Source: Candidatus Tayloriibacteriota bacterium (GTDB taxonomy: Bacteria > Patescibacteriota > Minisyncoccia > Phycocordibacterales > PALSA-1337). Taken from it: a stretch of 64,000 bases of DNA. Every line of letters starts with the position of its first letter. Positions within the stretch are counted from its first letter, which is position 1. The stretch lies in the NCBI GenBank assembly GCA_031384385.1, contig JANNAN010000013.1, positions 6,015-70,014 on the forward strand, read 5' to 3'. A program made the position numbers and the translations under genes. Below, one piece after another: positions 1 through 10,844 of the stretch. The notes under the pieces are model-generated. The model saw nothing but the letters and a program-made list of their open reading frames with translations. It ran no database searches and was not told the origin of the DNA.

Positions 1-1211
1 TTGGAAAGTATAGTTTCTTTTAAAAAATTTACAAGGTTATAAATTATGTTAAAAGATTTTATTTGAATTGTTGAACGATCTACCAATGCTTGAGTTTTGG
101 CATCTGGTTTACTATTGAAACTTACAATAATAATACTTGGATCTCCTTGAACTACTTTTATATCATTCTCATTTATATCACCAATACTTTCAGAAACTAT
201 TTTGATTTTTACTTTATCATTTTTAATCTTTGCTAATTCATGTTTTATTCCTTCGAGACTTCCTATAACATCTGCTTTTATAATAATCGGAATAATAACT
301 GTTGTATCATTTTCGTCGCGTCTTATGGACTGAGTCTTTTTTGTATTTGATTTTAATTTAAATTCATTTGCAAGATTTTCTGCCTCCTTTTTTCCATCAC
401 AAGTAATGAATATTGCGCCAACTGTTGGGATTTTATTAAATCCAATAACTCTGACTGGACTTGAAAAACTTGCAGACTTAATTGCTTTACCTTGATAATC
501 TTCAAAAATACGAACAGGAGATATTGCATCTTCAGCAACTATATATTGACCAGATTGTAATGTTCCATTTTTAATGAGTAGAGTAGCTGAAATTCCTTTT
601 TTATTATCCAGTTTTGCTTCAATAATAGCTCCTTCAGCAAGAGCATTTAAATCTGCTTTTAAATCTTGTAAATCTGTTACAAGTAAAATCATATCTAATA
701 ATTCATCAATACCAGTACCTTTTATGGCTGAAATTGGAACTACAGGAATATCACCACCGAATCCTTCAACATAAACTTCATTTTCTGCGAGACTGGCTTT
801 TGTAACTTCTACATTTGCACCAGGTTTATCAATTTTATTTATTGCAACAATATATGGAATTTTTTCTGCAAGAATACATTTTAGAGCTTCAAGTGTTTGA
901 GGCTTAACTCCGTCTTCAGCTGATACAACAAGAACAGCAACATCAGCAACTTGTGCACCTCTTTCGCGAATACTACAAAAAGCTTCATGTCCTGGAGTGT
1001 CTAGAAAAGTTATTTTTCCATCTTTGCCGGCACTAGTTGTATGGGCAACTTCATATGCACCAAGGTGTTGAGTAATACCTCCAGCTTCACCAGCAACAAT
1101 ATTCGCTTTTCGAATATAATCTAGGAGGGTAGATTTACCATGATCAATATGACCCATGATAACAACCACAGGAGAACGCTTTATTAAGTTAGGGGTAATT
1201 TTTGCTGGCAT
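1..1211 (-). CDS. infB: Translation initiation factor IF-2, runs off window edge; starts almost directly at the G domain
   Basis: Manual translation from ATG at 1211: [27 protein letters not shown]...[10 protein letters not shown]...[10 protein letters not shown]...NKID. Confidence 0.95.
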   Translation of the reverse strand, partial: MPAKITPNLIKRSPVVVIMGHIDHGKSTLLDYIRKANIVAGEAGGITQHLGAYEVAHTTSAGKDGKITFLDTPGHEAFCSIRERGAQVADVAVLVVSAEDGVKPQTLEALKCILAEKIPYIVAINKIDKPGANVEVTKASLAENEVYVEGFGGDIPVVPISAIKGTGIDELLDMILLVTDLQDLKADLNALAEGAIIEAKLDNKKGISATLLIKNGTLQSGQYIVAEDAISPVRIFEDYQGKAIKSASFSSPVRVIGFNKIPTVGAIFITCDGKKEAENLANEFKLKSNTKKTQSIRRDENDTTVIIPIIIKADVIGSLEGIKHELAKIKNDKVKIKIVSESIGDINENDIKVVQGDPSIIIVSFNSKPDAKTQALVDRSTIQIKSFNIIYNLVNFLKETILS

Positions 1212-1274
1212 GTTAGTAAAATTAACAGATTCCTAATATATCAGGAAAAATGAGTAATGGCAATGGAGAATGGA

Positions 1275-1751
1275 TTATCTAGCAACCTTTTTTGCTTCTA
1301 CAACAGACTCCTTTTCTTCGTCAGAAAGTTCATATTCTGAAACTCCATTTTTAATTGGTTTTGAAAATATACTTGTATGTTCACGAGAATATAGACTTGA
1401 AATGACAACTCCATCATTTTCTTCATTTAAGAATGTTGTAGCGAAGCTTTGATTGCCACCAGAACCTGTGCCTTTGAAAGGATTAAAACGAATTGTGCTA
1501 ACAGCTTGAACACTTTTCTTTATTCTCTTTTCTACTGTTGTTAAATATTTTTCCAAATCAATTCTAAAAGTTTCAAGCTCTTTTATTGAATCATTCATTG
1601 AGGAAATAGAATCATCTAAGTTTTTTGAGGAAGAACCGATAAGAAATTTTTTCAATTTTAAATGTAAATGTATAACAATACTGATAAGCACTAAAATAGC
1701 GATAATTAAGATAATAAATCCAATAGTTGTTGAATCCATTGTAAAGTTCAT
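1275..1751 (-). CDS. Membrane-anchored DUF4446-like protein
   Basis: N-terminal TM helix, coiled coil, RFNPFxxxGSGGNQSF and SLYSRE...KPI motifs. Confidence 0.75.
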   Translation of the reverse strand: MNFTMDSTTIGFIILIIAILVLISIVIHLHLKLKKFLIGSSSKNLDDSISSMNDSIKELETFRIDLEKYLTTVEKRIKKSVQAVSTIRFNPFKGTGSGGNQSFATTFLNEENDGVVISSLYSREHTSIFSKPIKNGVSEYELSDEEKESVVEAKKVAR

Positions 1752-1779
1752 AATAGAAGTATAGAATACTTTTTAAGAT

Positions 1780-2868
1780 ATGAAAAGAATTTATCTTGAT
1801 TATGCCTCACTTACACCATTAGATAAAGGGGTAATGAAGGAAATAAGGAAATACTCAACTGAGGAATATACCAATCCTTCAGCTCTTTATGTTTCAGCAA
1901 TTAATGCAAAAAATGCGATTGAAGATGCAAAAATTAGAATTGCAAAGGTAATTCATGCTCATTCAGATGAAATAGTATTTACTTCTGGTGGAACAGAATC
2001 AAATCATTTAATTTTAAAAGAATTTCAGGACAATCAGATTATTATTAGCAATATTGAACATTCTTCAATAATTAAAAATACAAAAGCAATTCATATTCCA
2101 GTTGATAAAGACGGAATTGTAGATTTGGAAATTCTCAAAAAATATATTACTCCAGAAATTAAATTAGTTTCTATAATGCTAGTAAACAATGAAATTGGAT
2201 CTATTCAGCCGATTCAAGAAATTGCAAAAATTGTTAGAGATTTTAAAAAGAATTCAGGCGGACAGTTCCCACTTTTACATACTGATGCATGCCAAGCTAT
2301 GATTCATTTGCCAATTTATATTGAAAAATTAGGTGTAGATCTACTAACCCTTGATGGTCATAAAATATATGGACCAAGAGGAATTGGAATGCTTTATATA
2401 AAAAGAGGAACTTTGAATATTCATAGAGCTGGTACAGAAAATGTCGCTGGAATTATGGGATTCGTATATGCGATGGAAATTGCAGAAAAAATGAGAGAAA
2501 AGGAAACATTAAGAATTACAGAATTAAAAAATTATTTTATAAATGAATTAATTAAAATAAATTCAGAAATTAATCTACGATATGAGTATTCTCTTAAAAT
2601 TAATGGAAATTTACAAACTTCAAGTCCACATATATTAAATATTTCTATTTCAAATATTGATAATGAATTTTTTCTACTTCAATTAGATGCAAAGGGAATT
2701 GAAATTTCTACAAAAAGTGCATGCCTGACAGATGAAAATGAATCTTATGTTTTAAGGGCCATAGGTGCAAATTCAAAAAATTCATTAAGATTTTCATTTG
2801 GAAAATATACAAAAAAATCAGATTTAAAATTTACAATTAAAATCATTAAAAAACTTTTACAGAAATAG
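1780..2868 (+). CDS. iscS: Cysteine desulfurase (IscS/NifS family)
   Basis: IYLDYASLTP, FTSGGTESN, HTDACQ, GHKIYGPRG (PLP Lys), STKSAC. Confidence 0.9.
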   Translation: MKRIYLDYASLTPLDKGVMKEIRKYSTEEYTNPSALYVSAINAKNAIEDAKIRIAKVIHAHSDEIVFTSGGTESNHLILKEFQDNQIIISNIEHSSIIKNTKAIHIPVDKDGIVDLEILKKYITPEIKLVSIMLVNNEIGSIQPIQEIAKIVRDFKKNSGGQFPLLHTDACQAMIHLPIYIEKLGVDLLTLDGHKIYGPRGIGMLYIKRGTLNIHRAGTENVAGIMGFVYAMEIAEKMREKETLRITELKNYFINELIKINSEINLRYEYSLKINGNLQTSSPHILNISISNIDNEFFLLQLDAKGIEISTKSACLTDENESYVLRAIGANSKNSLRFSFGKYTKKSDLKFTIKIIKKLLQK

Positions 2869-2910
2869 TCGAAAATGCTATAATAGTTAAATAATAAGCA
2901 ATATAGCCAT

Positions 2911-5583
2911 ATGCCACCATTAACAAACTTTACAACTAAAGCCAAAGAAGCCATTCGTAGAGCACACGAATTGGCTATTGAGCGTGGAATGAATCATGTA
3001 AATCCAGTACATCTTATGTGCGCATTGATTTTACAAGAAGAAGGTATGGTTACTTCTATTTTAGAAAAACTCGAAGTAGATACTATGTTTCTGACGGATC
3101 TGATCCTTGAACAGATAGAAGCACCAGAAGCAGGAAAAACACTCTCACCTTCATATCAGATTTACATTACTCCAGAATTAGCTGCTGTTTTTGAAAATGC
3201 TGGCAAATTTTCTGCTGGTTTAAAAGACGAATTTATATCCACAGAGCATCTATTTGTAGCACTTTTTGATGTTCTTGGACCAGCAAAAGATATTTTGACC
3301 AGATTCAAAATTCAAAAAGTAAATGTTACGGAAATAATTAAAGAATTAAAGTCCTCAGATTTTGTTGGTGAACAAAAGCCAAAGCAATACAGAACTCTTT
3401 CAAAATATGCTAGAAGTCTTACAAAATTAGCAAAAGAAAATAAATTAGATCCAGTCATCGGAAGAGACAATGAGATTTTAAGAATTATTCAAATTCTTTC
3501 TCGAAGAACAAAAAATAATCCTATTTTAATAGGAGAAGCTGGTGTTGGAAAAACAGCAATTATTGAAGGTCTTGCTATCAGAATGGCACAGGGAGATATT
3601 CCAGAATCATTAAAAGACAAAGAATTGATCTCTCTTGACCTAGGTTCTCTTATCGCTGGTACGAAATATCGCGGAGAATTTGAAGAAAGATTAAAAAATA
3701 TTCTAAAAGAGGTTGAAAGAGCTGAAGGTAAGATTATTCTATTTATTGATGAAATTCATACAATTGTTGGCGCAGGAGCTTCTGAAGGTTCGATGGATGC
3801 ATCAAATATGTTAAAGCCAGCTCTTTCTAGGGGGGAACTTCGTGCTATAGGAGCTACAACACTTCGTGAATATCAAAAACATATTGAAAAAGATCCTGCT
3901 TTAACTCGTCGTTTCCAACCAGTATTTGTTAATGAACCATCTACAGAAGATGCTATTGCTATTCTTCGTGGTCTTAAAGAAAAATATGAACTTTTTCATG
4001 GTGTAAGAATTACTGATGAAGCTGTTGTTGCAGCTGTAAATCTTTCAACTCGATATATTTCTGATAGATTTTTACCCGATAAAGTTGTAGATCTTGTAGA
4101 CGAAGCTGCTTCTGCTTTGAAAATTTCTCTTGAAAATATGCCACCACTTCTTGAAGAAACTCGAAGAAAAATTATGCGTTTGGAAATTGAAAGAGAAGCT
4201 TTGAAAAAAGAATCAAATAAAGATGCAAAAACAAGAATGCATAAAATTGAAAAAGATATTGCAGATTTGAAAGAAAGTACTTCCGAACTTGAATTAAAAT
4301 GGACAAATGAAAAAAATACCATTACAGATATAAAAAAGATTAAAAAAGACCTTGAAACTCTTCGTATTGAGGCTGAAGCAGCAGAAGCTCGTGCCGATTT
4401 GTCAAAAGCTGCAGAAATTCGTTATGGAAAAATTCCAGATTTGGAAAAAGATTTAGAAATAAAAAGTAAGCGTTTGAAAAAATTACAGTCATCTCGTCGA
4501 ATTTTGAAAGAGGAGATTACAGAAGCAGATATTGCTGATGTTGTTGCTAGATGGACTGGAATTCCAGTTGCAAAAATGATGGAAGAAGAAGCTCAAAAAC
4601 TTGCTAAAATGGAAGAAAATTTGAAGAAACGTCTTGTTGGTCAAGACGAAGCTGTAAAAAAGATTTCAGATACAATAAAACGCTCTCGTGCTGGAATTGC
4701 AGATCCCAATCGTCCAATAGGTTCATTTATTTTTCTTGGTCCAACTGGAGTTGGAAAAACAGAGCTCACAAAATCTCTTGCAGAATTTTTATTCAATGAT
4801 GAAAAAGCATTGATTCGTATTGATATGTCTGAATTTATGGAAAAACATTCAGTTTCAAAACTGATCGGTGCTCCTCCTGGGTATATTGGCCATGATGAGG
4901 GTGGAAGTTTTACAGAACTTATTCGTCGTCGTCCATATTCTGTAATTCTTTTTGATGAAATTGAAAAAGCTCATCCAGAAATATTTAATATATTACTTCA
5001 AGTTCTCGATAATGGCCGTCTAACTGATTCAAAGGGTAGAACTGTAAATTTTAAAAATACAGTTATTGTAATGACTTCTAATATTGGTGCTCAATTCATT
5101 GAAAAAATGGAGAAGATTGGATTCGTAAATAATAGCAATAATCCTGAAAAAGATAATTATGATGAAGCAAAGACAAAAGTCATGGCTTCATTGAAAGACT
5201 ATTTCCGTCCAGAATTTTTGAATCGTGTTGATGATATTATTCTATTTGATATTTTAAGTAGAGAATCGATTGAAAAAATTGTAAAAATTCAAATTGACAT
5301 TATAATTGAAAGATTAAAATCGAAAGATATAAATCTAACTATTTCTCCTGAAGTTTTTAGTTATCTTGCAAAAGAAGGTTATAATCCACAATACGGAGCT
5401 AGACCATTGAAGAGATTGATTCAAAATAAAATATTGACTCCAGTTGCTGGGTTTATGATTTCTCAAGGTGTTATTAAGGGTGGAAGTATTCATGTTGGAC
5501 TAAAGAACGATGAATTTACTTTTGAAATTAAAAAGAAAAAGAAGGGAAATGGGCAGATGATGCTGCAGGAGAAGGTGGTTTAG
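2911..5583 (+). CDS. clpB: ATP-dependent chaperone ClpB
   Basis: Two AAA modules ([16 protein letters not shown]), Clp N domain, long middle coiled coil, GARPLKR. Confidence 0.93.
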   Translation: MPPLTNFTTKAKEAIRRAHELAIERGMNHVNPVHLMCALILQEEGMVTSILEKLEVDTMFLTDLILEQIEAPEAGKTLSPSYQIYITPELAAVFENAGKFSAGLKDEFISTEHLFVALFDVLGPAKDILTRFKIQKVNVTEIIKELKSSDFVGEQKPKQYRTLSKYARSLTKLAKENKLDPVIGRDNEILRIIQILSRRTKNNPILIGEAGVGKTAIIEGLAIRMAQGDIPESLKDKELISLDLGSLIAGTKYRGEFEERLKNILKEVERAEGKIILFIDEIHTIVGAGASEGSMDASNMLKPALSRGELRAIGATTLREYQKHIEKDPALTRRFQPVFVNEPSTEDAIAILRGLKEKYELFHGVRITDEAVVAAVNLSTRYISDRFLPDKVVDLVDEAASALKISLENMPPLLEETRRKIMRLEIEREALKKESNKDAKTRMHKIEKDIADLKESTSELELKWTNEKNTITDIKKIKKDLETLRIEAEAAEARADLSKAAEIRYGKIPDLEKDLEIKSKRLKKLQSSRRILKEEITEADIADVVARWTGIPVAKMMEEEAQKLAKMEENLKKRLVGQDEAVKKISDTIKRSRAGIADPNRPIGSFIFLGPTGVGKTELTKSLAEFLFNDEKALIRIDMSEFMEKHSVSKLIGAPPGYIGHDEGGSFTELIRRRPYSVILFDEIEKAHPEIFNILLQVLDNGRLTDSKGRTVNFKNTVIVMTSNIGAQFIEKMEKIGFVNNSNNPEKDNYDEAKTKVMASLKDYFRPEFLNRVDDIILFDILSRESIEKIVKIQIDIIIERLKSKDINLTISPEVFSYLAKEGYNPQYGARPLKRLIQNKILTPVAGFMISQGVIKGGSIHVGLKNDEFTFEIKKKKKGNGQMMLQEKVV

Positions 5584-5629
5584 CCTTTTCCTGTTGCCGA
5601 AACCATAAAATCTGGTAAACTCTTGATAT

Positions 5630-5714
5630 GCGTCGGTCGGATAGCGGCTATTCCAGGAGACTGTAAATCTCCGGCCTTCGGGCATCACTGGTTCGAGTCC
5701 AGTCCGACGCACCA
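5630..5714 (+). tRNA. tRNA-Tyr (GTA)
   Basis: Acceptor GCGTCGG/CCGACGC, anticodon arm GGAGA-CTGTAAA-TCTCC, long variable arm, GGTTCGAGTCC, encoded CCA. Confidence 0.96.
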
Positions 5715-5716
5715 GA

Positions 5717-5757
5717 AAAAGAAAAATCACTCTATGTTTAAGAGTGATTTTTCTTTT
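5717..5757. terminator. Bidirectional intrinsic terminator between tRNA-Tyr and alr
   Basis: aaaatcactct-atgttta-agagtgatttt hairpin flanked by A and T tracts. Confidence 0.75.
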
Positions 5758-5759
5758 GA

Positions 5760-6887
5760 TTAAATTAAAACTCTTTTTAATTGTCCCGGAATCTTTACCA
5801 CTATTTCATATGAAATAGTTCCACAATCTCTAGCTATATTTTCTATTGAATTTTTATCTTCTTTAATATTACTCATCACAATAACTTCGTCTTCTAATTT
5901 AATTGAATTAATTCCAGTCACATCAACGATTGTAATATTCATACTAATTCTTCCAATGATTGGGCAGAAAATATTTTTTATTTTTACAAAACCATTATTA
6001 GAAAGTCTTCTGTCCAAACCTTCGTAATATCCGACAGGAATAAGTGCCACAGTCATATTTTCTTCTGCCTTAAATGTAAAACCATATCCGAGTCTATCTC
6101 CAGCTTTTATTTTTTTGATTCCAGTAATAATAGTCTTCATTTCAAGAACTGGTTTTAAATTTAATCCTTGAATATTTATCAATCCATAAAGCCCGATTCC
6201 AAGTCGTGTAAGATTTGCTTCAGCTTCTTTATAAATATATCCAGCACTAGCGCTAATATGCCAATATTTTAGAGTAAGAAATTGTTCTTTAAAATATTTT
6301 ACAGAATTATTCCATTCTTTTATTTGATTATTTGTAAATGTAGTATCAGAATTATCTGCATCAGCAAAATGAGAACAAATTCCTTCTATAATTATATTTG
6401 AATTGTTCCTAATTAAATCTATAGCTTCATTTTTTTCTTCATGAAGAATTCCTTGTCTATGCATTCCCGTATCTATTTTTAAATGAATTCTTGTTTTTGA
6501 TTTGATTAATTTCAAAGAATCAATTGAACTAATTACATAAATAATATCTTTTAATTTTGAATTATTTATATTTTCTGATCTAACATAACCAACTATCAGT
6601 AGGGGAGTTTTAATTCCTTCATTTCTTAATGACTGTGCTTCAAAATATGAATCAATTATAAAAAAAGGAGTATTTTCTTTTTCTAATGCTTGTGAAATTA
6701 GATTAATTCCATGTCCGTACGCATTACTTTTTAGAACTGGAGCTACTTGATGGCTGGATGCTAATCTACTAAATTCATTTAAATTATTTAATAAATTTGA
6801 CTGTGATAGAGAAAGAGTGATAAGGGGGTTAATTGAATTGTGGCTTGAATTATATAGCTTTATTAGCTTTTTAAGCAGTTTTTTCAT
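5760..6887 (-). CDS. alr: Alanine racemase
   Basis: VLKSNAYGHG, HLKIDTGMHRQG, SHFADAD, IIGRISMN. Confidence 0.95.
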   Translation of the reverse strand: MKKLLKKLIKLYNSSHNSINPLITLSLSQSNLLNNLNEFSRLASSHQVAPVLKSNAYGHGINLISQALEKENTPFFIIDSYFEAQSLRNEGIKTPLLIVGYVRSENINNSKLKDIIYVISSIDSLKLIKSKTRIHLKIDTGMHRQGILHEEKNEAIDLIRNNSNIIIEGICSHFADADNSDTTFTNNQIKEWNNSVKYFKEQFLTLKYWHISASAGYIYKEAEANLTRLGIGLYGLINIQGLNLKPVLEMKTIITGIKKIKAGDRLGYGFTFKAEENMTVALIPVGYYEGLDRRLSNNGFVKIKNIFCPIIGRISMNITIVDVTGINSIKLEDEVIVMSNIKEDKNSIENIARDCGTISYEIVVKIPGQLKRVLI

Positions 6888-7075
6888 AAATGTATTGTAC
6901 CTTTATTTGAATGGCAAGCCACCTTGACTTTGTTTATTATTTATGCTAATATTATCACTAGTCAAATAACGGGACAAAAGTCCCAATTTTGTTCTTCGAC
7001 AAATCAATACTAAAACTCATGGATGTGAGTTTTTATTTTTGTTTGATACAGAATAACAGTTACGGAGGAAAAATT

Positions 7076-7318
7076 ATGAAAATGAAAAAATGGTTGGTAA
7101 TTCTCATTGCTGTTAATCTTATGCTTTTGGGATACATTTTTGTGCCCAAGAATAAGGATTATGATCAGAAGCTTATGGATTCCGCCGCGATGGTGAATCC
7201 GATTACGTCTAGTTGTGTGCCGACAGTCAAAATAACTGCAGCACAGACGACTGAAAAGTCTTTGAACAAGCTAGGGCTCAGTTTGAGTAATAGCTTCAGT
7301 GTTGGTATCAAGAAATAA
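7076..7318 (+). CDS. Hypothetical small membrane/secreted protein
   Basis: GGAGG Shine-Dalgarno before ATG 7076, hydrophobic N-terminus. Confidence 0.6.
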   Translation: MKMKKWLVILIAVNLMLLGYIFVPKNKDYDQKLMDSAAMVNPITSSCVPTVKITAAQTTEKSLNKLGLSLSNSFSVGIKK

Positions 7319-7367
7319 AATCAGAAACGAAAAACAATTCAAACAAACAAAAACTACAGAAAAGAAT

Positions 7368-8459
7368 ATGAAAAAGATTATTGGCTTTGTGCTCGCTTCA
7401 ATCTTTACCTTCTGCACTTGTGTGCAGGTTCAAGGTCAAGAAGTCATCATTAATCCGTTGAATGTCGCTCGGGCTTTCGCCTTGAAGACACCAACACATT
7501 TCCACTGCTCTTTGCAGGGATTGGCATTTGTCAGCAATAGTTGGCAAAACATCAATATGGAATTCGTGATGAGAAAGTCTGACTTCGGCATTACGAATCT
7601 GACAATCAACGGCGTTGCCATTGATTTGCCAGAGCCGATCTACGGACTTCCGATTGGTGCTGGTGGATTCATTAAGGATGTTTGGCTTAATGTAACAGCA
7701 AAAACTAGTCATGGTGAATATGCTGGGAATGGCTACCTTCAAAAACCCATTGTTCTAAAAAGTGATCATTTGGATGTTGAAATTCGTCCTGCTGACATTA
7801 AGCAGGAAATTCCAATTGATGTTGGTATTTATGGAAATGACATTCGCATGGATATTGAGGGAGTTACATTTGGTTACGGTTATGGTGTCAGTGATGGAAA
7901 GTTTTATGTGTATCTTCCACCAGTTGGCGGCAGGTATCACTATATCCTTCGTCGCTGGAGTGATGGTTCAATCATCGGTGATGGTTGGGTTGAACCTTTC
8001 AAAGACACTGTAACTGCAAACAATACATATCTTGGAATTCACTACATTGGTAATGTTCTGGGAATTGAATTCCCGAATCAAATCGGTATGGAAGATTGGA
8101 TTGGCGTGAATAATGTTGATCTAAATTGCGAAATTCCTATGACCACAGGGTCTAATGTTCTCGGCAAAGTCATCTTCACAGATGTTGGTGCTGGGAATTT
8201 GGAAATCATGATTTGGGGCGATTTTCGGATTCATGTCCAAGGTGCAATAGGTCAGAATGGGGAAATGCCAAATATTCCTCTCGTTGATAACAGCATTGCG
8301 TATCCTTGGGGTGTGTATACGAAAGTCCACACAACCTCAGGGAATATTGGTAGGGTGGTAATCAGTATCATTCCTAAGCCAAGCAATAGTATTCAAAATC
8401 CGTGGGTTAACCTTCATCGTTTCTACGGCCCACTAAGCATGGATAACGGCAAGGGTTGA
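7368..8459 (+). CDS. Hypothetical secreted beta-rich protein
   Basis: Signal-peptide-like MKKIIGFVLASIFTFC; 363-aa ORF, GC-richer than flanks; followed by hairpin 8482-8512. Confidence 0.7.
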   Translation: MKKIIGFVLASIFTFCTCVQVQGQEVIINPLNVARAFALKTPTHFHCSLQGLAFVSNSWQNINMEFVMRKSDFGITNLTINGVAIDLPEPIYGLPIGAGGFIKDVWLNVTAKTSHGEYAGNGYLQKPIVLKSDHLDVEIRPADIKQEIPIDVGIYGNDIRMDIEGVTFGYGYGVSDGKFYVYLPPVGGRYHYILRRWSDGSIIGDGWVEPFKDTVTANNTYLGIHYIGNVLGIEFPNQIGMEDWIGVNNVDLNCEIPMTTGSNVLGKVIFTDVGAGNLEIMIWGDFRIHVQGAIGQNGEMPNIPLVDNSIAYPWGVYTKVHTTSGNIGRVVISIIPKPSNSIQNPWVNLHRFYGPLSMDNGKG

Positions 8460-8553
8460 GTGTATTGATTGGAAAAACAGTAAACTGCAGAGCTTTCGAG
8501 CCCTGCAGTTTTCCTTTGCCTTTTTTAATAAAGTAGTATATAGTATTTTAACT

Positions 8554-8709
8554 ATGTCACAGATTCAACTTATACAATTAAAAAATAAAGAAACAGGGGA
8601 GGTTTATATGAGTCGTAAAAATAAGAAAAAAGTAGAGCGTAAAATTGAATTAAAGAAATTCAGTAAGAAGCTTAGAAAGCATGTTGTCTTTAAAGAAGCA
8701 AAGAAATAA
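8554..8709 (+). CDS. rpmG: 50S ribosomal protein L33
   Basis: Manual translation MSQIQLIQLKNKETGEVYMSRKNKKKVERKIELKKFSKKLRKHVVFKEAKK. Confidence 0.92.
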   Translation: MSQIQLIQLKNKETGEVYMSRKNKKKVERKIELKKFSKKLRKHVVFKEAKK

Positions 8710-8776
8710 GAAAATAGTCGCCGACAGGCGATTTTTTCTTTATTATGATATAGTATTTTGGTTAGTTTCAATGATT

Positions 8777-8847
8777 GGGCGATTGGTGAAGCGGTATCAC
8801 AAACCTCTCCAAAAGGTTTATCGAGGGTTCGACTCCTTCATCGCCCG
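8777..8847 (+). tRNA. tRNA-Trp (CCA)
   Basis: Acceptor GGGCGAT/ATCGCCC, anticodon arm AACCT-CTCCAAA-AGGTT, GGTTCGACTCC; 3' CCA not encoded. Confidence 0.94.
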
Positions 8848-8861
8848 CAGAAAGTTTTGAA

Positions 8862-9701
8862 TTATTTATATCTCCTAAACCACAATATCTGTCTCTTTGC
8901 ATAATGCCAAATTTCTGTTTCTAATTGTTTTATCATCTCCTCTTTTGAAATTAATTCACGCAAGTATCTAGAAATATATCGATATTCAAGTCCAAAAGAT
9001 TCCATTCTTTTCCAAGATAAGCCGTTCTTGTGAAGATTATTTACTTCTTCAATCATTCCGTTCAGAAGTCTATTGAGAAGGCGAGTATGAATTCTTCTTC
9101 TCAACTCATCATTTGGTAAATTTAAATTGATCCACTCTATTTGATATGGAGATTTATTTATTTTAATTTTAGGAATTTTACCTAATGTTTTTGAAATTTC
9201 AATTGACCTTATTAATCTAATCTTATTATTTTTTTCAGAATTATTTAAATTTAGAGCAAATTTTTTGTCTAATTTTTTTAGTCTTTCAAAGAGTTCTTCG
9301 GTAGTATTTTTATTTAATTTTTTACGTAAATTCTTATCTTGTGGAACAGATGGATATTCAATATTATTTACAACTGCATCAATATAAAATCCAGTACCAC
9401 CACAAATGATTGGTAATTTGCCACGATTAGAAATATCAGATATTACTTTTTGAGCCAATTTTTTATATTTGCCAACATTAAATTGTTTTTTTGGATCCAA
9501 AATGTCTAAAAGATAATGCGGTACACCTTGCATTTCTTTTTTTGTAATTTTACCAGTTCCAATATCCATTCCTTTATAAACTTGTCTAGAATCAGCAGAA
9601 ATTATTTCGCCATTATGTTTGATAGCATATTGAACAGCAAAGTCACTTTTGCCGACCGCAGTTGGGCCAACAATACAAATCACTTTAATTTTATTTTTCA
9701 T
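8862..9701 (-). CDS. miaA: tRNA dimethylallyltransferase
   Basis: GPTAVGKS, ISADSRQVY, GGTGFY, HYAKRQ. Confidence 0.95.
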   Translation of the reverse strand: MKNKIKVICIVGPTAVGKSDFAVQYAIKHNGEIISADSRQVYKGMDIGTGKITKKEMQGVPHYLLDILDPKKQFNVGKYKKLAQKVISDISNRGKLPIICGGTGFYIDAVVNNIEYPSVPQDKNLRKKLNKNTTEELFERLKKLDKKFALNLNNSEKNNKIRLIRSIEISKTLGKIPKIKINKSPYQIEWINLNLPNDELRRRIHTRLLNRLLNGMIEEVNNLHKNGLSWKRMESFGLEYRYISRYLRELISKEEMIKQLETEIWHYAKRQILWFRRYK

Positions 9702-9705
9702 ACTG

Positions 9706-9787
9706 TGCCGAAGGAGAGACTTGAACTCTCATGGGTTTCCCCGCACGATTTTGAGTCGTGTGCGTATACCAATTCCGCCACTTCGGC
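9706..9787 (-). tRNA. tRNA-Leu (CAA)
   Basis: Reverse strand: GCCGAAG/CTTCGGC acceptor, CACGA-CTCAAAA-TCGTG, long variable arm, GTTCAAGTC. Confidence 0.95.
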
Positions 9788-9844
9788 AATACTGTTAGTC
9801 TACTAAATCTGGCGATAAAATCAATTATGATATAAAATATACCC

Positions 9845-10843
9845 ATGTCATCACAATTTTTTGGAGATTCAATTTTTTGGATAGAAGTAGAAAAGATTAA
9901 ACCAAATCCATATCAGCCGCGTAGAGATTTTGACGAAGCAAGATTAAAAGATCTTTCAGAATCTATTCGTATGTATGGTGTTTTACAACCACTTGTGGTT
10001 ACCCGCAAAGAATTTTCAAAGGAAGATGGAGGTCTTGCTGTTGAGTATGAATTGATTGCAGGAGAACGCCGTTTAAGAGCTTCCAAGCTTGCTGGTCTTC
10101 TACAAGTTCCTGTTCTTATTCGTAATGGTGAAGAAAATGACAAGATGAAGCTTGAATTGGCAATTATTGAAAACCTTCAAAGAGAAGATATAAATTCTGT
10201 AGATCGTGCAAGAGCATTCAATCGTCTTGCTGAAGAATTTGGAATGAAGCATATTCAAATTGCTGAAAAAGTTGGAAAGAGTAGAGAATATGTATCAAAT
10301 ACAATGCGCATTCTTCTTTTGCCAGAAGAAATTCTGAATGGTCTTTCAGAAGGAAAGCTTTCAGAAGGTCATACTCGTCCACTCTTAATGCTTGCTGATA
10401 GGCCAGAAGAGCAGTCTGTTCTTTTTAAAGAAATTGTAATGAAAAAACTAACTGTCCGCGAAGCAGAATCTTATGCTAGAAAAATTGCACAAGATAAGGT
10501 TAGAAAGAAATCTCTTATTGATCCAGAACTTATTGAAATGGAGAATAAATTAAAAGAAAGTCTTGGAACTCGAGTTTCAATTGAAAAAAGAGAAAATGGT
10601 GGAAGAATTACAATTGATTATTTTACTCCAGAAGATATAAGAAATTTCTTAGAAAAGATTTCATTAAATGCTATTTTACCTGTTGTAGATAAATCTTTAG
10701 ATATAATTTCAGATGCTACTCCATTACAAGTTGATGATTCTCCAGAAATGAAAGATAAGCCAGTAGATGATAGAGCTCCAGCAGAGATTGTTGCTGAAGA
10801 AAATACTGAAGATTTGTATTCAGTGAAGAATTTCGGGGTTTAA
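9845..10843 (+). CDS. parB: ParB/Spo0J partition protein
   Basis: PNPYQPRRDF, LIAGERRLRAS, IIENLQREDI, HTH. Confidence 0.93.
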   Translation: MSSQFFGDSIFWIEVEKIKPNPYQPRRDFDEARLKDLSESIRMYGVLQPLVVTRKEFSKEDGGLAVEYELIAGERRLRASKLAGLLQVPVLIRNGEENDKMKLELAIIENLQREDINSVDRARAFNRLAEEFGMKHIQIAEKVGKSREYVSNTMRILLLPEEILNGLSEGKLSEGHTRPLLMLADRPEEQSVLFKEIVMKKLTVREAESYARKIAQDKVRKKSLIDPELIEMENKLKESLGTRVSIEKRENGGRITIDYFTPEDIRNFLEKISLNAILPVVDKSLDIISDATPLQVDDSPEMKDKPVDDRAPAEIVAEENTEDLYSVKNFGV

Positions 10844-10844
10844 T

